A stretch of DNA of 63,903 nt, counting the filler, from Conidiobolus incongruus B7586 (lineage: Eukaryota): NCBI GenBank assembly GCA_000697335.1. It is 19 parts of 19 records of this genome, joined end to end, with 100 filler letters (N's around TTAATTAATTAA, not from the genome) between each part and the next. Parts side by side here need not be neighbours in the genome. Positions count along the whole stretch, not along the records: positions 25,032 to 28,408 come from JNEM01003729.1; positions 28,509 to 32,408 come from JNEM01003730.1; positions 32,509 to 35,378 come from JNEM01003731.1; positions 35,479 to 36,595 come from JNEM01003733.1; positions 36,696 to 40,020 come from JNEM01003735.1; positions 40,121 to 41,234 come from JNEM01003736.1; 13 more parts are not named here. The stretch is one strand, 5' to 3'. Below the pieces are notes generated by a model. The model ran no database searches and was not told where the DNA came from. It saw only the letters and a list, made by a program, of their open reading frames with translations. Below, in pieces: positions 26,600-41,334 of this stretch. A program made the position numbers and the translations under genes. Positions within the stretch are counted from its first letter, which is position 1. Each line of letters starts with the position of its first letter.

Positions 26600-29500
26600 C
26601 TACCAATGTTATTATGTAGTTGAATTTTTGTGTCTTACTAATACATAATTAAAACATTTTACATAGTTATCAATATCTAATGCTAGTAATAGTTAATAGA
26701 TATTTTATTAACTATATCGAATTTTTAAATTACTTATATAATTTTGTAATAATATTTTAGTCCAAAGACGGTTACACTAGTTTTGAATCTTAATTTTATA
26801 TTTTTTAATCCATTCTACACTATTATTCTATCACACTACTGTTATTCTCTTTAATTTATCACTTTCAATAAAATAAAACTAATAATATTCTATCATTAAA
26901 TACATATCATTTATTTTTAAAAACTACAATTGAATTTTTATGTTTTAACCCAATATAATTATTTTTCATTTTGAACTTGCATTGAGTAAATATTTTTGGT
27001 ATTTTTGCTATATTTAATTTAAATAATTGATCTTGTATTGAAAATTATTTTGTAATATATATATATAGTTAATTTAAAGTTAAATATAAAATTCATGTAA
27101 TATTAATAATAATATTTGCTATTAAATAGCTTATCTTAATATATCTTTAATGGCTAATAAATATGATGTTTATTGGATTATAAAACGAATATTTTATTCA
27201 ATTATTAATTAATGTTATTCCAGACGATAAATACATCAACGAAAATTACTACCAACTATAACTTATTTTAATCAAAGTAATATGTTCACTAATTGAAATA
27301 TATTTTTCGATTAACAAACTAAAATTGATATAATTTGATAAAAGGATTTTTATATAATACTTAAAATATTTTTATACTTAGATTACCATGATTAATTAAA
27401 AATAAATTTTTATTTTTCAAAGATCAATATTAATGGTAAATATAAAATTGAAAATTTTTTTAAAAAAATTTTTAATCAAATGTAATTTAATTCAAGTACT
27501 ATATATTCAAATTAAATTTATCTTTTTAGATATTTTGTATAGTAAGGATTTATAATGAAATAATAATGAAACAATATTGAAATGATTTAATCATTATAAA
27601 TATTTTTTATATTTATTAATATAATAATTTTATTAAATTATATATTATCATAGTGAAAATTTGTTTTTATCAAAATTAATATATATTATAAATTTTATAA
27701 ATAATATTAACTAATTCAGTTATTGTGTAAAAACATATTTTTAATTATATAAAATTTTATAAATTTTGAAAAAAGAGAAATTTAGAATAATTATAATATA
27801 GATATAAATTCAAAGACCTATTTCAAAAATATCTTTAAATATCCTATTATTGATATCAATTTAAATAAATTATATATTTTAATTGAAATCGAATTAATTA
27901 TATAAAAGATCTTAATATAATTAGTTAATAAAGTCACTTATATTAATCAAATATCTTATTAATATTAGTTATAATTAATAATTATTTTTTATAGAATTAA
28001 AACCAGTTTAATAAATAATAATATTTAATTATCCAAAATATATCTAATAATATATTTAGTTTAATAAGTAATTTAAGGTTTATATTAATTATTCTATTTA
28101 ATTTATTATATAATTTTTACTGTAATTTTTTTATATTATATTAATTTAACTATTAACTATTATAATAATATATATTAACTTGAAAAAAAGTTATGGAGTT
28201 AAAATAATATATATATTTATTTATTATTTAATTAATTTTTGATTAAATAAACTTAAAAAAATTATATAATTAAAATATATTATTTGATTATAATTAGCTA
28301 TATTTAACTATATTTAATTGATCATTAGTTAATATATTATAATCTAAAATTTAATTAAAAAAATCATAATTTATGAGTTATAAGTTAAAAAAGTATATAA
28401 AATAAAATNNNNNNNNNNNNNNNNNNNNNNNNNNNNNNNNNNNNNNNNNNNNTTAATTAATTAANNNNNNNNNNNNNNNNNNNNNNNNNNNNNNNNNNNN
28501 NNNNNNNNTTTTACTTTTAAAAAATGAATTATTTATATTGATTAATTATTATTTTTAATTTTACAAAAATAATCTAAAATATATTAACTAAAATTTAATA
28601 TAAAATAGATAAATGATTTAATTTATCAATATAATAACAAAATAATTAGTTTTAATCAAATATCAATTATATAATGAATATTATGTTAACGGAATTATTT
28701 TTAATAAATCAATTCATAATTATACATAAACAAATAATTTATCTTAATATAATGTTTTTAAAAATAAATATTCAATACAAATAATACTATAAGATACATT
28801 TAAAACTATTTTTTGTTAAAATTTAATTTATTATATAATATACGTATTATGTTTTAAATATTTCAAAAAATATTAAATGTGTCAAAAAAAAATTCAAAAA
28901 AATAAAACAAGGCTTATTCTAAATAATACTATCATAACGATGAAAATTTTGTTTCAAAAAATTTTGAAAAATTAATTTTCTTATGTTTTAATATAGGTTT
29001 AATACATTTGTCAAAACAAAATGATAAATATTATAGTATAAGTATTAATAATATTTTTATTAATTTATCAAATTTAACTAATATATTATATATTAGTCAT
29101 ATATTAAAATCAATATTAATATTGATTTCAAAACAAATTATTTATATAAAATGAATAATTTTGATTTTTAAACTAATCATAATAAGTAAAATATTTATTA
29201 TTATTATAAAAATAATTAAACTAACAAAATAAAACATAACATAAAATTAACTATATAGCATATATTTTGTTAATATATTATGGAAATATAATCAAATTAC
29301 AATTTAACTCCGAACTTAAATAAATCAATATTAAATTAGGCTTAATATTATATAATTTTAATATATTGAAATATTACTAGACTATAAACTAATTCTATAA
29401 AATTTAGATCAAATAATTAATGATTATATTTAACAAAAATATAATAAATTTATTATCGATATAATAATATTTACAAATATTGATGTGTTAATAAAATCAA

Positions 29501-32500
29501 ATAATTCAAATTAATTATTTTATATATAAATATATATATATATATAAGAATTTAATAATCTTGACTTTTAATACTCCTTTATTTAGTTTCTTAATGATGA
29601 CATATATTTTAAATTTTTTTATATTGTTAAACAAGCTAAAAAATTTTAGTAATTGTAATTATTTTTGAAAAGCTTTTTTAATTTGATCAAGAATTTATTT
29701 TATATTCAAATTAAACATAATATACATAATTTAATATATAATTTTATTAAGAATTTAATTTTTCTTCAATTTGATTAATAACTATATTGATTTTCAAAAC
29801 TTTTGATTAATTGAAAAAATATTAGTATTTCACAAAATTGTTTGATTTTAGACAAATAATTGTTAAATTTGATTATTAAGGCTAAATGTAATAAAATGTA
29901 GAATTACCTATTTTAATTAAAAGGTAGAATATTATAAAACCTATAATATATTAATATTTAGAAGAAATAATTATGTTCAAATTTAAATTATTCTGAATGA
30001 CCTAATATCCTTATAAGAAATAGGATTTATACAAAATTTTAAGTTTTATTATTTTAAAATTCTTTGATTTTTTTCAGGTTAAATTTAACAAGTATTAATA
30101 TTTTTTTATTTGATTGAAATTCAAAAATATTTAAAAGTTGATGTACAGTTCTATAATATTAATAACTTAAAACTTGTATTATAAGATATCAAAAAAAAGT
30201 TTTAGCTAATCAATTTGTTAAAATGGAATTGATATTTTATTAAAATTGATTGATATAAGTATATTAAATGATTGATCTTTATATATGATTAATTAATTAT
30301 TTTAATTTTTATATAGTTTATTCAATGAGGGTAAAAGTTTTAAAAAAATTGTTAATAGGTATAGATAGGTTAAACTTAAATATAAAAAATAACTATTAAA
30401 ACAATTATTTAAATAATATATCTTTAATCTAAATAGTGATTTATGGAATTTTATATTTGTTAAGATTATTAGAGAATAATATTAATATATTTTCTTTAGT
30501 TATCATATTTTTGAAAAAAATATATTTGGAAAAAAATTCAAATAAAATTAGTAAATATTTAAAAATATTAATTAATTAAATGATTTCTATCAATTGAAGT
30601 TGTATCTCTTACTAATTATTAGAATAAAATTAAATTGTGATAAGTTTTCTATATTTAATTTAATATTATATTTTGTTATTTAATATATTTTACTAAAATT
30701 ATAATAATTTGAGTTTTATATAAACGAAGAAATTTAATAGGTATATAATTTAGATATTTTGATAGTTTTCAACTAATAATAATATATTCTAACTACTGGA
30801 TTATAACCTTTATTAAATATTGCTTATTAGGTTTTAAAGAAATTATATAAATAAACTCAAAATTTAAATATTATTAAATAAATGATAAATTATAATTCGA
30901 TTAACCAATATCAATACATATTTTAATAATATCAAACAGATTTTTTAATTCAAATTAAGTAGTTATCATTTGATAAAATAATTTAAAATGATATATTAAA
31001 TTTTTTATTTTGTTGGAATATTTATTAAATTTATAATAACCATATTTTTATAATTAGATTAATTTGATAAATATAGAAAATAGTTAAATAAAGTATTTTT
31101 ATTATAATTTTATGTATTCAAGAAATATTAGACAAATATATAAACCTTAATAATTATTATCTCTATAATTTATTTTATTGATATATTATATTAAGTTTAT
31201 AGGTAGATAATTTGTCTTCAATTTATATATATTAAGTTATTATAAAATAGCAAATATGAGCGATAATTAAATTTGATAATTATATATTTGGTATTATTTA
31301 TAAACTAAATATATTAAATTGTATAATTTTATTTTTCTAATAATATAGTTATTTTTTATAATAATAATTATTTGGTTAAAATTAACTTTGTATTTTATTT
31401 TTATTATTTTATTTTAAATTGAAATGGTAAATTAGAATAATTTATTCAATTTTATGATTATTTTATCAATATAAAAAATTTAAATGAATAAAAATATATT
31501 TAAGTAATTATAATTTTAAAACAAATTAATTAAATATATTAAAAAAATAATGATTAAAAAATATATATATAATTTATATTATTGTTTGTTCAAAAATAAA
31601 CAATTTAAGATATCAATAAACAAAATAGTAATTTGAATAAATAATTAATAAAATCCTCAAAATAATTTAATAATCTAAGAAAAAAATAAGTAGATTATTA
31701 TTTATAAATGAAAAATAAGCAATTATATAATTTAATATATTTGTAATATTATTTATTATACAATAACCCATATAAGTTTAAAAATAAATTGAAATAAAAT
31801 TAAAAGTTATTTTAGAAATTAAAAAGCTAGTTTTTTTATTAAATATTATACTTCATTTGACTGATATATTGAATATATTTATTCATTAATTTCAACTATA
31901 TTTTAATATCATTACATTTAATAATATTAAATTTATTGATAATAAGATTAAAAACAAAATTAATATTTTAATAATAAATTACAAGGGTAATAAAAAAAGA
32001 TAATTTCAATTATAATAAATATTTGTTAAAAATCATTTGAAAAAAATTTTTAAAAGAAATATTTTTGTTAATAGTATAATAATATTAAATTCCGAATATA
32101 ATAATATATATAGTTAAATCATAAACTCTTTGCTAATATTTTATATTTTTAATCAAAGGTTTTATATTAAATTATTTGAAACTTATGAAATAATTTTGAA
32201 ATTATAATATTTGACAATAATTAACAATTTGCATCCAAAATATCAGAGATTGATTTGGTAAAAAATAAAGGTTTAATATATCAATTTATAAATAATTTTT
32301 ATATTTAAATATTTATTCTAAATATTATTTAAATATTAAATAATAAGTAATTATATATATATTAATATTATTGAGAAGTTAAATGTTATATTTAATATTA
32401 AGTTTAAANNNNNNNNNNNNNNNNNNNNNNNNNNNNNNNNNNNNNNNNNNNNTTAATTAATTAANNNNNNNNNNNNNNNNNNNNNNNNNNNNNNNNNNNN

Positions 32501-33923
32501 NNNNNNNNAAAATATTTTTAGTTTTTAATGGTTTAATAAGTGAAATCTCATTAGTATATACAGTTTAATTGATAGAATCATTAATTTATTAAAAACTTTA
32601 TAGATTAGTTGAGAATTTGTTAATTAATTTTAAAAAAATTAATTTGAAAATTATATTAATATTATTTAAATTTAATTTTCAGTTAATAGATTAAGATTAT
32701 TAAAGATTAAATTGATATTGTTTTTTTGAAGGATATTTATTAACTTTATAGTTAACTTAAATTTTTTAATAACAACAACCATTATTAACTTTTAAATAAG
32801 TTTTAACTTTTTTAATAATTGTTTTATATAAAGTTATAAAATAATAACATCTATTATTTAAGATTTGTATAATTTAAAATAAGTTTTAAAGAATTAATTC
32901 TTTAGGTGAAAAAATTTAATTATAGAATAGATATTATATAATAATATTATTATATCAAAAATCACAGAAAAAAATATATAATCAAAATATTACTGATTAA
33001 TTAATTAAAGATTTATTTAAAAATTAAAACACTATAATAGCTTATTGAGTAATTCTACTTTAATGATGGTTTATATATTAAAATATATTTTATTAAATAT
33101 CTTATTTAATTAGCTTATAAAAATTTTATATTTACGTAAAAAAAGTTTTTCTCTTGTTAATTAAACTGAAACTTTTAATTAATATTATTTTTTAAAGATT
33201 TTTTCCAATTATTTAAAAATATATATATATATACAATATATTATCCTTTTGAAAATTTTTCAAAATTAAGATTATAACAAATTACCTATTAAGTATAAGT
33301 AGACTTTTCTAAAATAGAAATAGCTAATTTAATGATATTCTATAAATTTATATAAAAAATTAAATTAAATTAATTTTTTATGTTTTTATTGTAGTTTTTA
33401 AGTATATAAAGGTTTTTAAAATATTTATAAATAGCTAATTTATTTTTAATTATACTTAAGAGATAATTTAATATATCAAAAATAGTAAAATAACTAGTTT
33501 ATTAGATTTAAACACTATAATTTATATTTTTCTTAACCAAAAGTTATTTAATATAGGCTTCTTAAAAGGTAATAATTTTTTATAAATTAAAGTTTTAGAT
33601 TTACTTAGTAATTAAGTTATTATCATTATTAAATAATATAAGGGTATTTCTTTAATAATATTATAGTATTTAATTTTTAATTTAAATAAAATAAATTGTA
33701 GATATGATTTAAAATAATAATATATAAAGTTAATATAAGTAGTTATTTATTTTCTAGTAAAATTTTAATAGTTTCATTTTTGTTATTATATAAGAACAAT
33801 AATATAAGATTATTAAAATAATATAGAGGAAAACTTAATATAAAGATAATATAGCATAAAACATAGTGATATAATATAATATGAAAATTTAAACAAAGTT
33901 TAATTAAGCTTTAAATTAAAATA

Positions 33924-35378
33924 TATTAGTTTGTAAAAATGAGTTATAAAATTAAAAGTATAAATATTTCTATTTATATTTTAATCAATTCTAATTAAAA
34001 TAAATTTATATTAAACTATATAATTAATATATATTTTTTGTTTATAATATAATATAATATATAAAGTAAAATTTAATTTATTATTAATTCATATATTAAA
34101 ATTCAAAGTATATATAAGATAAGTTATAAATTTGTGGATTTTAATATTAATAGAAAAATTAATTTTCTAGTATATTTATTTTTTGCTTTTCTAACTTCTT
34201 TAAGTTTATAGGGTATAGAATCAACTAGTTTCTTATATTAAGCAAGACTAATATTATTCTAAGCTTCTTGAATATACTCCTAAAGTTAATTTAAATTTTT
34301 TACTAGGGGGAAAGTTTTAATTGATTTTTTTAGTTAATCCTAAAGATATTCAATTGGGTTAAAATTAAGAAATTATTGAGGCTATTTTATAATGATTATT
34401 TTGTTATTTTTAAGTTATTTAATAATAGAATTTAGTATATAACAAATGGTATTATTTTGTTAGAAAATAATATTTGATTTATTTAACCAATACTATTAAA
34501 TAGTTTTTTTCAATTCATTGTTTAAAATATTTTAATATATCTTAGTATTAATTCCCCTATTAACCTTATAAAAATATTTTATACTTAAAGATAATATATA
34601 TCCCTAATTTATAATTAACCTATTATATTATTTTTGGGTTATAATAACATAATGGTTATAAAGTAGTTCTTTATTTTTTTTGAAATATCTAACTTTTTTA
34701 TATGATTTATTAAGATATATATTTATTTCATCAAACTAAATAACTTTATTCTAATAATTTTTAGTTTAACTTTAATATTAACATTTAAATTCTAATCTAA
34801 CTTTATAATGGGATTTCTTTAACTAAAAGTGTTATTTCTTAAAGTAAAAGTGATATCTATTCTAATATAAAGTAGATATAATAATATTAGTATTAATTAA
34901 TATTCTTATATAATCTTATAATTTTTATTTCATTTTTATAGCAATATTACCTTTACCTATACTAGTTAATCTATAAATATAATTTTTATTATGCTTATCT
35001 ATAATTTTAATATGCTTAAGTTTTAATTTAGGTTTTTTTAACATTATTCTTAATAACCCTAGTTATAATAAATTAGCTAACCCTAATAATTTTAGTAATC
35101 TTATAAGTTGATTTATTTTCATTATAAAGCTGATTAATATATAAATAAACTTTTTTAAAGAGAGATTTAAGTATTATAATATTAATTATAAAATATTATC
35201 TTAATAATATTATAATATATTTAATATAACCAAAGAAAAAAATTATATATATATAAGTTTTGTTATTTTTACCTTTTTAATATTTAAACCTATAAATTTA
35301 TAACTCACCTTGGTTAAATTTTAAGTTTTGATATATTAACCAATATTTAATAAAATATTATCAAATAAAATTAGCTAT
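33924..35378 (-). mobile_element. Degenerate Tc1 (DD34E, IR-DR) copy, 5' end in gap
   Basis: Terminus TA|tattagtttgtaaaaatgagttataaaat. Colinear with the reverse complement of 37217-38783. Confidence 0.85.
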
Positions 35379-35711
35379 NNNNNNNNNNNNNNNNNNNNNN
35401 NNNNNNNNNNNNNNNNNNNNNNTTAATTAATTAANNNNNNNNNNNNNNNNNNNNNNNNNNNNNNNNNNNNNNNNNNNNTTATATATTGAAAAAATATTAT
35501 ATAGAATATAATTAGTGATTTAAAAAAGATTTAATTTTTTAATTAAAATAAAGGATTTTATTAATAATTTAATTTATTTAAAAATATGCTTTGAATATTT
35601 TTTTATTCAATCAAAAATTTAATAGTAATATTTAAAATAATTACCTAAATTTCATTAAATTTCAAATAATCTTTTTTCTAGGTTATAAATATCGTACTTA
35701 TTTATAGACTA

Positions 35712-36595
35712 TTTTATTAAATTTACAAAAATAAGAAATTTTTTATTTTTGGTTGATTTAAAATATAATTAATTATAAATAAACAAATATATAGAGAATA
35801 AAAAATAATATCATTTCAATTATGTTTATATATATATAATTATTTTCTTGATTAATTAATTTATTTTTTTAAATATATAATTTAATTAAACTAATTTAAA
35901 CAAAATAATAATTAGCAATAGTGTTTTAATATTAATAAAATTAATATTAAACCCTTTAATATTATTTAAAACTTATATATAACTTTTAACTATAAGGAAC
36001 TATTTAATCAATTATCTATTATTAAATAAATTATTTAATAACTAAAAATAAATTTTAAAATAGGTTATAAACTAAAAAAATTAATTCTGCCTGTTATTTT
36101 TTAATAATTAGCTAAATTAAAGAATATATTTTAAAACACCTTTTTGTTTTGCTTAAAAAGCTATCTAGATATTTTAATATTAATTTTATTAGTAATTTAA
36201 ATAGATATTTAAGTTTTAATATAAATTAATAAATAAAAATATAAAATAAATATCTTTAAATTTAATTTGAGCTTAAAAAACACTAAAATAAATATTGTTA
36301 AATAAAACTTACTTAAGATTTACTAGAAACCAAAGTTTTAATAATAAATAATAATAATTCGTTAATTATTAAACTATTCATATAAATTTTTAAATATAAT
36401 TTAAAATGCTAAATTAAGCTAAACCAACCCTTTTCATAAATTATTTTAAGTATTATCTTAATAAATTAATATTAAATATTAAAGTGAATTATGAATTTAT
36501 ATATTACTTATATTAAATAAATATATTAAAATTAATTAATAATAAACTCTATATTATTTTTTAAGTATAATTATTTTTAATTGGTGTTCTTATTA
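35712..36595 (+). mobile_element. Degenerate mariner copy, 3' end in gap
   Basis: Colinear with 21469-22389 and 43788-44903. Confidence 0.7.
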
Positions 36596-36695
36596 NNNNN
36601 NNNNNNNNNNNNNNNNNNNNNNNNNNNNNNNNNNNNNNNTTAATTAATTAANNNNNNNNNNNNNNNNNNNNNNNNNNNNNNNNNNNNNNNNNNNN

Positions 36696-39565
36696 TTATC
36701 TTTTTTCTTTTTTTGTCTTTATTTTATATAATATTTTACAGATATATTAAGTTTTTATATTTGTATTATTATATTTAAATCCCTTTTTAAAAAAATTTAT
36801 TTATATATTAATTAATTTATAAAAAAAATTAATTTGTGATATTATTAGAATTACTAGTGTTAGCTAGTCTACTATGGTTAAAGCTATTAAGAATAACAAC
36901 AAAAACATATTTAAACTTAAACTTAAATATATTAAAACTTTTAATAAATAAAATAAGAAGTATAATTATAAATTGGTTAGTATAAACAAATATAATATTA
37001 TTATAAAAATATAATAAAAACTAAAAACTATATAAAATTGTTAATTAATATTAATATTATTATACATATTATATATTAGCATGGATATCATTTATATCTT
37101 AAGAAAAAACACCCTTAACTAAAGAAATCTTATTATAAAGCTAGATGGGAGTTTAAATATTGCTATTAATATTAAACCAAAATTAGTTACAATAAAGTTA
37201 TTTAGTTTAATAAATATATTAACCTACAAAAGTAAGTTATAAAATCAAAATTACTTAAATATTTACTTATATTTAAAATAATTCCAAATTAAATAAATTT
37301 AAATTAAAATATATAATTTACCTATATTAATTGATTATAACTAATTATATTTGATTATATTACATTAGCTATTGGTTAATATATCAAAACCTAAAATTTA
37401 ACTAAGATGAGTTATAAATTTGTGGGTTTATAAGTTAAAAGGGTATAAATAGCAAAACTTATATATATCTTCTTTTTCTTTTGTTATATTATATATATTA
37501 TAAAACTATTAAGCTAATATTATAAAATTAATATTATAATGCTTAAATCTCTCTTTAAAAAAGTTTACTTATATATTAATCAACTTTATAATGAAAATAA
37601 ATCAACTTGTGAAATAGCTAGAATTACTAATGCTAGCTAATTTATTATAGTTAGAGTTATTAAGAACAATGCTAAAGAAACACCTAAACTAAAACTTAAG
37701 TATACTAGGATTATAGATAAGCATGATAAAAAATATATTTGTAGATTAGTTAGTATAGGTAAATGTAATATTACTGTAGAAGTATAACAAAAATTACAAG
37801 ACTATATAAAAATATTAGTTAGTACTAATACTATTATATATACTTTATATTAGAATGGATACCATTCACATCTTAAAAAAAACACCCTTAACTAAAGAAG
37901 TCCCACTATAAAGTTAGATGGGAGTTTAAATGTCAATACTAAAGTTAAACCAAAACTAACTAGAATAAAGTTATTTAGTTTAATAAAACAAAGATATATC
38001 TTAATAAATCTAATAAATGAGCTAGATATTCAAAAAAGATAAAGAATCACTTTATAACCATTATGTTATTATAACCCAAAAATATAATAGTGGGTTAATT
38101 ATAATTTAGGGATATATGTTATCATTAGGTATAGGGTATCTTTTTAGGGTTGATAGGGGAATTAATGTTGAGTTATACTAAAGTACTCTAAATAATAAAT
38201 TGAAAAAAACTATTGAGTAATATAGATTAAAAAAATCAAATATTATTTTCCAACAAGATAATACACCTTGTTATACTATTAATTTTATTATTAAATGGCT
38301 TAAAAATAACAAAATAACTATTATGAAATTGCCTCCTCAATTTTTTAATCTTAACCCAATTGAATATATTTGGGATTAAATAAAAAAATTAATTAAAGCT
38401 TTCCCCCTAGCAAAATATTTAAATCAACTTTAGGAGTATATTCAAGAAACTTGGAATAATATTAATCTTACCTAATATAAGAAGCTAGTTAACTCTATAC
38501 CTCACAAACTTAAAAAATTTAGTAAAGCAAAAGATAAATATACTAGATATTAATTTTTCTATCAATATTAAAACCTACAAATTTATAACTCATCTTAAAT
38601 ATATTTTTAATGTTAATATATCAATTAATAATTAATTAAATTTAACTACATATATTATATTATAAATAAAATATATATATTAATTACATTTTTTAATATA
38701 AGTTTATTTAAATTACAATTGATTAAGATATTAATAGAAATATATATATATTTAATTTTATGACTCATTTTTATGGGTTAGTATAAAATATAATTTAATA
38801 AATTTAATAAAAAAGCTAGATATTTTAAAAAAATATAGAATTATTTTATAACCATTATATTAATTTTAACTAAAAGTATAATGCTAGGTTAATTATTATT
38901 TGAGGATATATATTGTTTTTAAGTATAAAATATTTGTATAAAATTAATAATATAATTAATATTAAAATATGATAAAATATTTTAAATAATAAATTGAAAA
39001 TAATTATTAAATAATATAGGTTAAACAAATTTAATATTAATTTCTAGCAAGATAATGCTCTTTATTATATTATAATTTTTAGTACTAAATAGCTTAAAAA
39101 TATCAAAATAATAGTTATAAAATAACCTCTTTAATTTCTTAATTTTAATTTAATTAAAAATTTTTAAGATTAGGTAAAAAAAAATTATTAAAGCTTTTTT
39201 TTAACAAAGAATTAAAATTAGCTTTTAAAATATATTTAAGAAACATAAAATAAGATTAACCTTTCTTAGTATAAAAAGTTAATAGATTCTATACCCTATA
39301 AAGTTAAAGAAGTTAAAAAAGCTAATAATAAATATACTTGGCTATAATTTTTTTATCACCAAAAACCTATAAATTTATAACTTATTTTAAATAAAATTTA
39401 AAGATTTATATATTAACTAATTAATATTTAAATATTATTATTTAATGATATATAATTAATAAATATAATAGATTTTAATTATTTAATTTAAATTTATTTA
39501 ATTAAATATTAAATAATTAATTAATTAAAATAAAAGTTGTTTTATTTTATTTTTATAGGTTAGTA
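36696..39565 (+). mobile_element. Degenerate Tc1 host copy, split by a nested Tc1 insertion at 37217-38783
   Basis: 36696-37214 matches the 5' half of the transposase, and the match resumes at 38786. The copy ends with ...ttttataggttagta near 39565. Confidence 0.85.
37217..38783 (+). mobile_element. Full-length Tc1-family DNA transposon (1567 bp), DD34E, about 210-bp IR-DR arms, hypermutated
   Basis: TA TSDs at 37215-16 and 38784-85. The transposase relic (37539-38553) reads KSTCEIARIT, VI*FNKTKI (ancestral VIWSDETKI), FQQDNTPCYT, LPPQFFNLNPIEYIW and KYTRY*. Exactly 34 residues lie between the second D and the E. Confidence 0.93.
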
Positions 39566-39574
39566 TTTTTGATA

Positions 39575-40020
39575 TTCAAATATTTAAAGTTTATTTAAGA
39601 TAAAATATAAATTTATATATTTTAGTTATAGAAATAGTAAAACTAAATATATTTATCTTTTACTTTTCTGACTTTTTCTAAGTTTATACAGTAAAAAATA
39701 AATTAATTTTATATATTAAAAAAAATTAATTTTATTTTATATTTTTTCAATATATAAATTTATATAATTTTTTATTGGTGGGAAAGTTTTAAATTTTGAT
39801 TTTAAATAACCTTAAAGGTATTTGATTTGATTAAAGTTATATAATGAAAAAAACTACTTTATATCTATTAATTGGTTAATTTTAAAATATTTAGTAATTA
39901 AAATAATAATATATTTAAAGTTATTATTTTATTAGAAAATATTATCAGATTTTATAACTTATATTATTTATTAATATTTTTAATTTATTATTTAAAATAT
40001 TTTAATATATCTTAGTATTA
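39575..40020 (-). mobile_element. Degenerate Tc1 fragment (3' part)
   Basis: Colinear with 34110-34550. Confidence 0.7.
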
Positions 40021-40120
40021 NNNNNNNNNNNNNNNNNNNNNNNNNNNNNNNNNNNNNNNNNNNNTTAATTAATTAANNNNNNNNNNNNNNNNNNNNNNNN
40101 NNNNNNNNNNNNNNNNNNNN

Positions 40121-41234
40121 ATTTATATAATTTTTTGATTATTTTACTTATATAATTAAATTATATTATTATTTAATTGATATATTAAAGTTTAATTTTA
40201 TTTAAGATAAGTTATAAATTTATGTGTTTTGGTTTTAAAAACAAAATTAAAACTTAATATATTTATGTTTTGTTTTTCTAACTTATTTAGGTTTATAGTA
40301 TATAAAGTCAACTAACCTTATATATTAAAAACGATTAATTTTTTCAAGGTTTTTAAATATATTTCCCAAACATATTTAAATCTTTTACTAATAAGAAAGT
40401 TAAATTTTTTTTAATTAATATTAAAGTTTTTGTAATTAGATTAAAGTTAAGGGATTAAAAAGCCACTTTATAACTATTATTTTATTATTTTTAAATTAAT
40501 TATTAAAAGAAATAATAATATATCAAGGGGTATTATCTTATTATAAAATAATATTTAATTTATTTAACCTATATTGTTCAATAGTTTTTTTAATTAATTA
40601 TCCAAAATATTTTAATATATCTTAATATTAATTCCTTTATTATCTTTATAAAGATATTTTATATAAAAAGATAGTTTATATTTATTAATTATAATTAACT
40701 ATTATTATATTTTTGAGTTTAAATAATATAATAGTTATATAGTAATTCTTTTTTTTTTGAAATATTAGTTTTTTTTTGTTAAATCTGCTAAAATATATTT
40801 TTATTATATCCAATTAAATAAACTTATTTTAATTAATTTTAATTTAATTTTAATAATGATATTTAAACTTTTATCTAGCTTTATAATAAGATTTTTTTAA
40901 TTTGGGGTGTTTTTTCTTAAGATATAAATAATATCAATTTTAATATAAAACATATATATTAATTTTAAATATTAATTAATATTCTTATATAATCTTGAAA
41001 TTTTTTCTATATTTTTATAATAATATTATATTTACTTATATTTACCAACCTATAAATATAATTTTTATCATATTTATTAATAATCTTAATATATATAAAT
41101 TTAAATTTAAATATGTCTTCATTATAATTTTCAATAACCTAAGTTATAATAAACTAGCTAACACTAATAATTCCAGTAATCTCACAAGTTTATTTATCTT
41201 TATTATAGAGTTGATTAATATATAAATCAATCTT
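40121..41234 (-). mobile_element. Degenerate Tc1 copy between gaps
   Basis: Colinear with 33924-35378 and 57997-59434. Confidence 0.85.
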
Positions 41235-41334
41235 NNNNNNNNNNNNNNNNNNNNNNNNNNNNNNNNNNNNNNNNNNNNTTAATTAATTAANNNNNNNNNN
41301 NNNNNNNNNNNNNNNNNNNNNNNNNNNNNNNNNN

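Noticed and set aside
22500..32400. Scattered, extremely decayed mariner-like traces (e.g. ctggattataac near 30797, TIR-like strings near 25060)
   Set aside because: Probably older copies, but boundaries and identity cannot be supported by eye.
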